Source: Deltaproteobacteria bacterium (GTDB lineage Bacteria; Desulfobacterota; Syntrophia; Syntrophales; UBA2192). Taken from it: a DNA stretch of 34,359 nucleotides. This document shows positions 9,902 to 17,791 of the stretch, in pieces (positions within the stretch are counted from its first letter, which is position 1; each line of letters starts with the position of its first letter). Location of the stretch: NCBI GenBank assembly GCA_026388445.1, contig JAPLJU010000247.1:1-34359 (forward strand). The letters run 5' to 3'. The position numbers were made by a program, and so were the translations under genes. The notes beneath the pieces were generated by a model, which saw nothing but the letters and a program-made list of their open reading frames with translations, was not told where the DNA came from and did not search any database.

Positions 9902-10798
9902 TCATGATTTCCGTTCAATCGTATACCGGGCGATTCCCCTCAGGGGTTCGGCCTTCTCATCGAAGGACCCGAGATGGGTGAGGGCGTGCGCCACAAGCTC
10001 CCGGGCTTTCTGACGCGACGCTTCGAGACCCATCACTGTGGGGAACGTTACCTTCTTGAGCCGGGTGTCACTTCCCGTCTCTTTCCCGAGCGCCTCCCGG
10101 TTGCCCTCCACGTTGAGAATGTCGTCGGCGACCTGAAAGGCGAGCCCCAGATCCCTGCCGTACTGCGAGAGGGCGTGGAGCTGTTCCTCCGTCGCGCCCG
10201 CCAGGATGGCCCCGGTCCGCACGGCAGCCGTTATGAGCGCACCCGTCTTGTGCGTGTGAATAAAGTAAAGGGTCTCCTCACCGACGGTCTGACCCTCCGA
10301 CTGGATGTCCACGACCTGTCCGCCCACCATGCCGAAGTAACCGGAGGCCTGGGATAACTCATGGATCACCCGCAGGATGCTCTCGACCCGTGCACCCTTG
10401 AAGAGTTCCCGGCTCGAAATCAGGTGGAAGGCCTCTGTCAGGAGCGCATCGCCGGCCAAGATGGCCACGGCCTCACCAAAGACCCGGTGGTTCGTCGGTT
10501 TTCCCCTCCGGTAATCATCATCGTCCATGGCCGGGAGGTCGTCGTGGATGAGGGAGTAAGTATGGATCATCTCCAGGGCACAGGCCGCTGGAAGCACGGC
10601 TTCCGCCTTCCCGCCCACCGCCTCGGCCGAGGCAAGGCAGAGGATCGGCCGGAGCCTCTTTCCTCCCGCGAAGACACTGTAGCGGACAGACTCAAAGATG
10701 ATGGGGGGAACGGAACTCACGCCGGGCAGGTAGCTCTCGAGGGCGGCGTCAACGGTTTCCTTTTTCGACTTGAGGTAATCCTCAAGATTATTTTTCAT
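9902..10798 (-). CDS. ispA: (2E,6E)-farnesyl/geranylgeranyl diphosphate synthase
   Basis: First Asp-rich motif LIHDDLPAMDDDDYRRGKPT and second Asp-rich motif FQVADDILN. Confidence 0.9.
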   Translation of the reverse strand: MKNNLEDYLKSKKETVDAALESYLPGVSSVPPIIFESVRYSVFAGGKRLRPILCLASAEAVGGKAEAVLPAACALEMIHTYSLIHDDLPAMDDDDYRRGKPTNHRVFGEAVAILAGDALLTEAFHLISSRELFKGARVESILRVIHELSQASGYFGMVGGQVVDIQSEGQTVGEETLYFIHTHKTGALITAAVRTGAILAGATEEQLHALSQYGRDLGLAFQVADDILNVEGNREALGKETGSDTRLKKVTFPTVMGLEASRQKARELVAHALTHLGSFDEKAEPLRGIARYTIERKS

Positions 10799-11036
10799 CT
10801 TCTCCCGTTTCCTCTGTCTCCCCCGAATAGGGCTTCACGGACAGACCCTCCTCGGTCTTCAGGAGGAGTTGGACCCGCCGTTCCGCTTCATCGAGCCTTT
10901 TCGCGCAGAGCCTCGAGAGCCGAATCCCCTCCTCGAAGGCCTTGAGGGATTCCTCCAGCGTCAGGTCCCCCTGCTCCATCCGCCTGACGATATCCTCAAG
11001 CTTGGCAAGGGCTTTTTCAAATTTCTCTTCTGCCAT
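10788..11036 (-). CDS. xseB: Exodeoxyribonuclease VII small subunit
   Basis: MAEEKFEKALAKLEDIVRRMEQGDLTLEESLKAFEEGIRLSRLC. ATG 11036 lies 8 nt after GGGAG. The track start at 11045 is a GTG overlapping the xseA stop. Confidence 0.85.
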   Translation of the reverse strand: MAEEKFEKALAKLEDIVRRMEQGDLTLEESLKAFEEGIRLSRLCAKRLDEAERRVQLLLKTEEGLSVKPYSGETEETGEDEK

Positions 11037-11041
11037 GGTGA

Positions 11042-12382
11042 TCACTCCCTGTCGATACGAATAACCCTGGCATCGAAGCTCCCCGCTGAAACCTTGACGC
11101 CCACCTCGTCCCCCACCGAAAGGGCCGAGGCCTCTTTGATGATCAGACCCTCCGGACGCTTGCGGGTGATGCTGTAGCCCCGCTTCAGTATGGCAAGGGG
11201 ACTCAGCGAATCCAGGATACCCGTATGCGTCTCGAGCCTGCTTCTGAAATAATCCATCGTTCGGAAAAGTCCAGTTAGCATGTTTTTTTTCATATTTTCA
11301 ATAAGAAACCGCGAGTTTCTGATGCCGGCCAGGGGTGTCAGGGCCATCAGGTGGCGGAGCTCGGCCGCAACACGCGATCTTTTTTCCACAGCCCCGCGTC
11401 GGATGGCCGCCGTGAGTTTCTCGTAAGAATCGTCCACGGAAATGCGGAGCTCGACGATCTTTCTCCGGGGATCCCGGAGACGCTCCCTCAGGGACTCCAC
11501 CTGCTCAGCAAGGTTTTCCCTCATCTTGCGGTGAAGGACTTCCAGGCGAAGGCAAAACCGCTTCAGGGACTCCCGCAGTTCATTTCTCACCGGGACAGCC
11601 AGCTCGGCCGCGGCGGAGGGTGTGGGTGCACGAAGGTCGGCCACAAAATCGGCAATGGTAAAGTCAATCTCATGACCCACCGCCGAGATGACAGGTATCC
11701 GCGATTCGAAGATGGCCCGGGCGACCCTTTCATCGTTGAAGGGGGCGAGGTCCTCCAGTGACCCGCCGCCACGGGCCACGATGATGACCCCCACGTCCGG
11801 CAGGGTGTTCAGGTTTGCCAGGGCTTCCACGATCTCCGGGGGGGCCTCAGCCCCCTGGACACGCACGGGCGCGATGACGATGCCCACGGAGGGAAAACGT
11901 CTCCCGGTGATGTTGAGAATGTCGCGAATAGCGGCACCGCTGGGGGAGGTGATGACGCCGATCTTTTTGGGGAGAAAGGGGATTGGTTTCTTGCGTGCAG
12001 GATCGAAAAGCCCTTCCTTCTCCAGGCGCGCCTTCAGCTGCTCGAAGGCGATCTGGAGGGCCCCGATGCCTTTTGGTTCGGCCACCTCGATGATGATCTG
12101 ATACTCACCCCGGGGTTTGTAGACGCCGAGCCTCGCCCTGCAGATGATGTGCATGCCGTCCTGGATTTCGAATCTCATGGCCCGGTAGACGGGACGGAAG
12201 ATGACAGCCCTGATCTGGGCCTGTTCATCCTTGAGGGTGAAGTACAGATGTCCTGAAGCAGGTTTTCTGAGATTTGAGATTTCCCCTTCGACCCAGAGGG
12301 AATCAAAGCTTGACTCGAGAACGAACTGGATTCGTTCCGTCAGTTCCCGGACGGTCAGGATTTCCTTCATTCGATGCGGCAA
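11042..12382 (-). CDS. xseA: Exodeoxyribonuclease VII large subunit
   Basis: 446 aa with an N-terminal OB fold (LWVEGEISNLRKPASGHLYFTLKD), GVITSPSGAAIRDIL and ARGGGSLEDL. Confidence 0.9.
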   Translation of the reverse strand: MPHRMKEILTVRELTERIQFVLESSFDSLWVEGEISNLRKPASGHLYFTLKDEQAQIRAVIFRPVYRAMRFEIQDGMHIICRARLGVYKPRGEYQIIIEVAEPKGIGALQIAFEQLKARLEKEGLFDPARKKPIPFLPKKIGVITSPSGAAIRDILNITGRRFPSVGIVIAPVRVQGAEAPPEIVEALANLNTLPDVGVIIVARGGGSLEDLAPFNDERVARAIFESRIPVISAVGHEIDFTIADFVADLRAPTPSAAAELAVPVRNELRESLKRFCLRLEVLHRKMRENLAEQVESLRERLRDPRRKIVELRISVDDSYEKLTAAIRRGAVEKRSRVAAELRHLMALTPLAGIRNSRFLIENMKKNMLTGLFRTMDYFRSRLETHTGILDSLSPLAILKRGYSITRKRPEGLIIKEASALSVGDEVGVKVSAGSFDARVIRIDRE

Positions 12383-12796
12383 CCTCTTGTGGATCTAAGG
12401 CTCCTTGCGGTGTCTGTGACCGGCCGGACCCTCGATCCATCAGGGACTATCTAACAGAGCCGTCAGTGGGTTGCAAGAACTTTGTATCTCCCCGTTTCGG
12501 CTCAGGAAAAGCTTTGGCCAGGGATTTCATTTTGGCATCTGAGCGCTCATAGGTTAAAAAGGGCACCGTTCACGCTGGATGCTGGAGGAAGAGGAATAAA
12601 TGGGGGTTCGCAAGGCTATTTGATTGAACCGGCAGACCCCACCGCTAAACTCCTTTCCTAATACCCCGGTCTTAAAAAAATACGACTAAAAATACGACTA
12701 TCTACCGATTGATTTGCCAACTTATTTGTGCGAAATGAAACCCAAGAAACATTTGCAGTTGATAAATTATATATGGCTTCTAAGATATTTAAATAT

Positions 12797-13186
12797 ATGG
12801 ATAATTCAGCCAACAAAAAAGGTTTCACCCTGATAGAGATTGTCTCAGTTCTTGCGATCTTAGGTATCATTGCGGCCATTGCCGTGCCGAGATACTTCGA
12901 TCTCATCGAGGATTCAAGACTCAAAGCAGTCCAATCTGCGCTTGCCGAAGGGCGCGCCCGTGTGACGTCATGGGGGAGCCTGCAATACCTGCATAACGGG
13001 ATATGGCCGACTGTTGATGAATATATTGAGGCCGTCGATACCATCGGGAGGGACGGGGGAGATTTCCGTTTTTCCTACACGAGGGTTGACGAAAACACCC
13101 TCAAAATAAAGGCCGAGGGGAGGGAAGGAACGACCCTCCACGACTTCGAGCAGTCCGTTCGCGTGGTCATCCCCGGAAGCAGTTAA
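12797..13186 (+). CDS. Type IV pilin-like protein, copy 1 (prepilin N-methylation motif)
   Basis: MDNSANKKG|FTLIEIVSVLAILGIIAAIAVPRYF shows a class III signal peptide with G-1/F+1/E+5. The start is set at ATG 12797 to give a normal short leader. The globular part has no Cys. Confidence 0.8.
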   Translation: MDNSANKKGFTLIEIVSVLAILGIIAAIAVPRYFDLIEDSRLKAVQSALAEGRARVTSWGSLQYLHNGIWPTVDEYIEAVDTIGRDGGDFRFSYTRVDENTLKIKAEGREGTTLHDFEQSVRVVIPGSS

Positions 13187-13358
13187 GGGGAGAGAAGAAA
13201 CTCCCGGATGAGAGCGAAAAGAAGAAGGCTCTTTACATCATAAAAGAACTCCGTGTCTCGATCGAGTGCGGGGTTTTTACCTTTCATACCGGCCTATTAT
13301 GAATGGTTAAAGGGGGTCGGTATAAGAAGACAGCGAAAAAGGGCCATGCACATAAAAA

Positions 13359-13390
13359 GGGGCAGGCTGCATAGCAGTCTGCCCCTTTTT
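13359..13390 (+). terminator. Rho-independent terminator, probably bidirectional
   Basis: GGGGCAGGCTGC-ATA-GCAGTCTGCCCC forms a 12-bp stem with one G.U pair. TTTTT follows it and AAAAA precedes it. Confidence 0.75.
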
Positions 13391-13410
13391 ATGCCGTGAT
13401 GTGGGAAAAA

Positions 13411-13435
13411 TGGTGGAGATGAGGGGGATCGAACC
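13411..13435 (-). other. Orphan 3' fragment of a tRNA-Ala gene (acceptor/T-arm, att-like)
   Basis: TGGTGGAGATGAGGGGGATCGAACC matches 24 of the first 25 nt of the full tRNA gene at 23444-23468. Similarity stops abruptly after GAACC. Confidence 0.7.
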
Positions 13436-13753
13436 TATTTTGAACGCCAGTGATCTCATCCGTCGCAGGCTCGGCCACCCCGCGGCCTCGCACTGCTCCT
13501 GGTGCCGCTCCCTCCTGAACGTCGGTCGCGGGAAGGTGTGGCCCTGGCCCGGGCCATGACTGAACGTCATGGCCTGCGGGCGGTTCTGAAGATTTATTTT
13601 ATATGCGCCGCCGCCCCATTCGTTTTGAACTGAAATAATAAGGTACCCTCAGCCCTACCTTTTATAATACCACATGTCGGCGCGCGCAGGCAGGCGAAAA
13701 CCGAAGGTTGAGCCACGAGCACGCCGACGAAGCTGACCCACCCAGACCAGGTT

Positions 13754-14986
13754 TCATGGTTTCTGCGGTTCCTTCCAGAGACGGACTATAAATTGCTCCC
13801 CGTCCTCTATGAATTCGGGTTCAGTTCCGTTGTGATCGAGCATCCCACGGATGATTTTGCGGGGAACACCCATGCCCATATGTTCCATGTAGCCGTAATC
13901 ACGCATCACGTCCTTAATGAGCTGGTTCCTGGCCGCACGACAGCCAGTACGCATCCGTGCGGGCGTGATACCGTTCGGCAATCTTCCAGGAGAGATCACT
14001 TCGAGGCGGTTCTCGTAAAGGCTCAATTCGATATCGGTTGCCGAGAGTGAGTAGTCACGGTGGGCCAGCGCATTCACGACGGTCTCACGAATCACTTCCA
14101 AGGGATAGTCCTTCCATCGCTCTTGACGCCGGCCGGTTTCGTCAAGATGTGCCTCGACTGTCGTATTGCGGCGTACAAAGTCGATTGCCTGCTCGACAAG
14201 ACCGTTCTCAACAATTTCCCCCTGTCTATTATAGAGCGGTATGATTGGGCCTCGGAGGGGACTGCGTTCCTTGGCTGCGTAGTCCTTCTCCAATCCCGGG
14301 TGGGCGACAGCATCCATCCCAGCGTGCGGAAGAAAACGGTTTGGGTTGCGCCCGAATAAGAGAAGACCTGCGACTGTAGCCGGAGAGTTACCGCCGTCTT
14401 CTGTCATGATCTCCGTGTTGACAAGGAGCATACGCCAGCCCACCTCGTCTTCATCCGGTGGAACCTCCTGCTGCCGTACACGCGCAAAGTAATCCCGTAA
14501 TCGCCTCCGGTCGAGGTCCACCATGGAAGACCCAGAGACCGGTCGGACTTCCAGACGAAATCCACCTCGCTGCTGGAACAAACGCTCCAGTTCTTCCTGG
14601 CTCGGCTCACGGCTCAGCGTCCCGACGCGGATGTACCACATTCGGTGGTTGTCGTGCCAGACATGGTGCGCAGTCCACCCGCGCTCCACCTGGACAACAG
14701 CGACATTTTTGCCCGGCGCGACATCACGATGGATTTCAAAGTAAGGGATCAATTCTGGCCGGATCTTATCTCTGCACGCTGTCATGATCCATTCTTCTAA
14801 GTTATCCCGAGTGATGCCGCAGATGGTTCCGTCGTTCTCGACTCCGAGCAGCACGCGCCCCCCCTGCAAGTTGGCAAAGGCCACCAGTTCCTTCGCGAGA
14901 GCGCGGTTATCAATAGTGTCCCGCTTGAACTCCACGCCGGAATTCTCGCCATTTCGAATAAGTTCGATCAGTTCCGTCTTCGTCAT
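13754..14986 (-). CDS. AlbA_2 (Schlafen-like) DNA-binding domain protein with a C-terminal HATPase_c_4/wHTH-like region
   Basis: The N-terminus MTKTELIELIRNGENSGVEFKRDTIDNRALAKELVAFANLQGGRVLLGVENDG is the typical AlbA_2 signature. The C-terminal part (VVNALAHRDYS...IELSLYENRLEVISPGRLP) resembles the ATPase-like module usually fused to it. The start lies 9 nt after the upstream gene's stop. Confidence 0.75.
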   Translation of the reverse strand: MTKTELIELIRNGENSGVEFKRDTIDNRALAKELVAFANLQGGRVLLGVENDGTICGITRDNLEEWIMTACRDKIRPELIPYFEIHRDVAPGKNVAVVQVERGWTAHHVWHDNHRMWYIRVGTLSREPSQEELERLFQQRGGFRLEVRPVSGSSMVDLDRRRLRDYFARVRQQEVPPDEDEVGWRMLLVNTEIMTEDGGNSPATVAGLLLFGRNPNRFLPHAGMDAVAHPGLEKDYAAKERSPLRGPIIPLYNRQGEIVENGLVEQAIDFVRRNTTVEAHLDETGRRQERWKDYPLEVIRETVVNALAHRDYSLSATDIELSLYENRLEVISPGRLPNGITPARMRTGCRAARNQLIKDVMRDYGYMEHMGMGVPRKIIRGMLDHNGTEPEFIEDGEQFIVRLWKEPQKP

Positions 14987-14995
14987 GAATGATCC

Positions 14996-17689
14996 TTAGA
15001 AGACATACTTCAGACGGCGCGTCTCGAATGCCTCCTTGCCGCCTTCGAGAACTTCTTCGACAAGCTCTCGCACTGGCCGAGCGTCAATCGACCCCATGTG
15101 TTCGGTCGGCATCTCAGCCTTTCCCTCGCCAGCTTCACCTGCTGCCCTAAGACCGACAATCAGTTCTGCATCGCCAAGGACAGGGATGTTCGCATTGTGC
15201 GTAGCGAATAGGAACTGACGACGGCGTTTCTCCTCGCGCATCTTGGGTACTACCCCTTCTGTGATGAAGCGGTTATCGAGGTCGTCTTCCGGCTGATCTA
15301 CCACGAGGGGCGCCTCGCCCTCGAGTAGGAGCAGCAACAACACCGCTGTTGCCTTCTGCCCCGTGGAGAGATCCGCCAGGGCCTGCCAGGCAATCGGCTG
15401 ACCCTCCCCGGCTATATTGAGCTCAATGCGAGTTGTCGGAGGAAGGTCCAATTCCTCCATCGCCATAAATGTTCCAGATGAAGCTTGAGCAAGGCGTTCA
15501 GCCTGAGCCGGTGGAATCGCGAAGTTTTGCGCGAGGGCATCACGCCCCGCACGACAGGCGTCGGCAAACTCCTTGAGTGATAACGAATCTCGCTTTTTGA
15601 GTGCATCAACAGCTTCACCGAGACGCCCGCCAACTTGCTCCCGGAGGAGTTGGAACAGTGGTTCTCTGTTCCCCGCAGAGGTCACCTGAACTCGAACCCG
15701 GTCAGCGAGGGCCTTGTTCACCTTTTTCGCCGCCCGATCAAGCTGCCGATACGCTGCGGTCTTAAGATCTTCCCACTCGGCCAGGAAGTTACGGCGCTGG
15801 TCTTCGAGTTCCTTCAGGTCACGCTGAAGCGTCCCCTGCCTCTCCTTGAGCGGACGGAGCTCCTCAATCTGATGCCGGAGCCGTATAAACTCTTCGCCGT
15901 CGATCTTAGATTTCTGAAGTTCTCGGAGAATCTTTTCATAGGCGGCTTGAACACCCTTCTTCCGGTCATCCCATCGCTGGCGGACTATGGCAAGTCCCTT
16001 ATCAGCTTCCTCAAGAGCCTTAGCCATTTGATTAATAGCAACCCCAATATCCCGATCAAGCCGCTCGAGAACTGTATCCGCCTCTGTAAGGATCTCTTTT
16101 CCTGGCAACCCTTCCAGCGCCTTCACCGATAAAAACGCACGATCGATCGGTATGGCCCGGCGAAGCTGGTCTAGGATCTCGCGGAAGGGAGTAGCACGCT
16201 CTCCTGCCGTGCGTAGGATTCTCTCTTCACGGACTAAGAGACTCTGTTCCTTGAGTTTCTTCTCAAGGCCCGCTTCTTGAAAGCGCTTGAGAGTTTCCTC
16301 CAGGGCGGGGAGGGATGCCAAACGCTCATCAATCTGGCGTAACTCCTTCTTTACCTCAAGAATACGGACTCGGGATCGTTCTAGTTCTCGCGTAAGATCA
16401 ATCTTGCGCTGTGATAGGCTGGGATCGTGGTCCACGAAACGCTCTAGAAGGCGTGTAAGCTTCTCGGGGCTCTTCGTAAGTTCTGAGATTTCGTGCTGCC
16501 CGTACACCTGGGCCTGCGGAAAGATGTCCGCTGGAGTTAGGGTAATCACTTTCCCGGTGTTATCCCTCACCACCGGTGGATTGGGAACCGTTCTTTCAAT
16601 CAGATACTCGCGCTTTGCCGGCCTGTGAGAACGGACAAGAAGGGAAACCTTTGTGCCACTGCGAAGGACCTGCCGGATAATCCCCTCGTGGGCCTTGCGA
16701 GCCTCCTCACCGAGTGGCTCCAAACCCAACACATACCGCACGCTCTCGACCACTGTTGATTTGCCTGTGCCCCGCCCGCCGATGAGGACGTTCAGGTTTT
16801 CATTGAAGTGGATGGCGCCCCCATCGAGAAACCCACTTTGCCAGGCCATGGCAACAAACTCGGTATGATCCTCTGGTGCCGGGGCATTTGCAAGTCGGAT
16901 GCGGGAGACAGGATCGAGGAAGGCCTGACGTAGACCCTCGACGGTGACTTCGGACATTTTGATCCAACAGGTCGCCGATGGGTCCGATAGCTCCTCTGGT
17001 TGCGTAACGTCCTTCGCGTTCACGACAGCCATAGCAAGATTCGGGGCGGCAGTAGGAACCCGTTTGTACTCCGGGTTCTGATTGCGCAAAATGGGTCGTT
17101 TGTCGTCCGGCACATCATCAATAGCCCCTGGAATTTGAACGGCCAACAGATTCTTGTCTTTCCATGCATTTATCCTGGACTGACCGTGAAGAACGCTAAG
17201 AAGGCCTTTCTCTTGCGTGACGTGTGCTGCGATGGTCACACCTCCCTGTTCCCTCACGCAGGACAGAATCTCAGCGATTGATTTGTTCGAAAGTTTAGCG
17301 GAGGGGTCCACGTCACGAATACCGAACTCTCCAAGGTAGCGGCCCAATGTGTCTGTCAACGTGTCAGGCGGATAAATACACAAAATGTGCACACCTTCGG
17401 ATGAGGAAATTTCGAATCCAGGGAACACATAGATGTCATTTTTCTGCGCCTCATCGCGGATATGATCGATCGAGCCAGCATGGTTGTGGTCTGTGATAGC
17501 AATGACGCGAATGTCCAACTCGATGCACTTTGCGACAAGGCCGCTAAGGTAGTCACTTTCATTCATGCCATGGTTCCGTCCGCGGTAAGTTCTTGCGTAA
17601 TGAGAGGGATTTACCTGAAGAGCACACTTATAAAAACATGCGCCACCTGGCAGCATCAGCACTTTGGAAATTGGTTCAGGCCAGTTCAT
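14996..17689 (-). CDS. PHP-domain phosphoesterase fused to a Rad50/SMC-like coiled-coil ABC ATPase
   Basis: PHP motifs AITDHNH, GFEISSSEGVHIL and TIAAHV in residues ~20-260. Walker A is LIGGRGTGKST (K310). A ~400-aa charged helical region follows. Signature-like LSTGQKATAVLLLLLL, Walker B PLVVDQPEDDLD and H-loop FATHNANIP complete the ATPase. AGGAGG lies 6 nt upstream of ATG 17689. Confidence 0.8.
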   Translation of the reverse strand: MNWPEPISKVLMLPGGACFYKCALQVNPSHYARTYRGRNHGMNESDYLSGLVAKCIELDIRVIAITDHNHAGSIDHIRDEAQKNDIYVFPGFEISSSEGVHILCIYPPDTLTDTLGRYLGEFGIRDVDPSAKLSNKSIAEILSCVREQGGVTIAAHVTQEKGLLSVLHGQSRINAWKDKNLLAVQIPGAIDDVPDDKRPILRNQNPEYKRVPTAAPNLAMAVVNAKDVTQPEELSDPSATCWIKMSEVTVEGLRQAFLDPVSRIRLANAPAPEDHTEFVAMAWQSGFLDGGAIHFNENLNVLIGGRGTGKSTVVESVRYVLGLEPLGEEARKAHEGIIRQVLRSGTKVSLLVRSHRPAKREYLIERTVPNPPVVRDNTGKVITLTPADIFPQAQVYGQHEISELTKSPEKLTRLLERFVDHDPSLSQRKIDLTRELERSRVRILEVKKELRQIDERLASLPALEETLKRFQEAGLEKKLKEQSLLVREERILRTAGERATPFREILDQLRRAIPIDRAFLSVKALEGLPGKEILTEADTVLERLDRDIGVAINQMAKALEEADKGLAIVRQRWDDRKKGVQAAYEKILRELQKSKIDGEEFIRLRHQIEELRPLKERQGTLQRDLKELEDQRRNFLAEWEDLKTAAYRQLDRAAKKVNKALADRVRVQVTSAGNREPLFQLLREQVGGRLGEAVDALKKRDSLSLKEFADACRAGRDALAQNFAIPPAQAERLAQASSGTFMAMEELDLPPTTRIELNIAGEGQPIAWQALADLSTGQKATAVLLLLLLEGEAPLVVDQPEDDLDNRFITEGVVPKMREEKRRRQFLFATHNANIPVLGDAELIVGLRAAGEAGEGKAEMPTEHMGSIDARPVRELVEEVLEGGKEAFETRRLKYVF

Positions 17690-17791
17690 AACCGACCTCC
17701 TTCCTGAAACATTGCTCCAACCTGGGTGTGGTGGAACTCGATCTTCACAGTGGGCAAGTACAAATCATTCATTAGAATACACCTCTAAAAA

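Larger units (their letters stand above)
12651..13435 (+). repeat. Left copy of a ~785-bp imperfect direct repeat (pilin upstream region + pilin + terminator + 25 nt of tRNA-Ala 3' end)
   Basis: Colinear with 22683-23468 by eye. Both start at TCCTTTC.TAATACCCCGGTC and end at TGGTGGAGATGA(G/C)GGGGATCGAACC. Substitutions are scattered, apart from one 98-bp identical block. Confidence 0.85.

Noticed and set aside
12700-12800. Sigma54 or sigma70 promoter calls upstream of pilin copy 1 (e.g. TTGATA-16-TAAGAT)
   Set aside because: The candidate -10 lies only ~10 nt from the ATG, and the putative -24 element has GA instead of GG. This is not convincing enough to annotate.
13307-13570. 87-aa minus-strand ORF at the island's left end
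   Set aside because: It spans the terminator hairpin and the tRNA fragment. It has no RBS and no similarity to anything I recognise, and in particular is not an integrase fragment.
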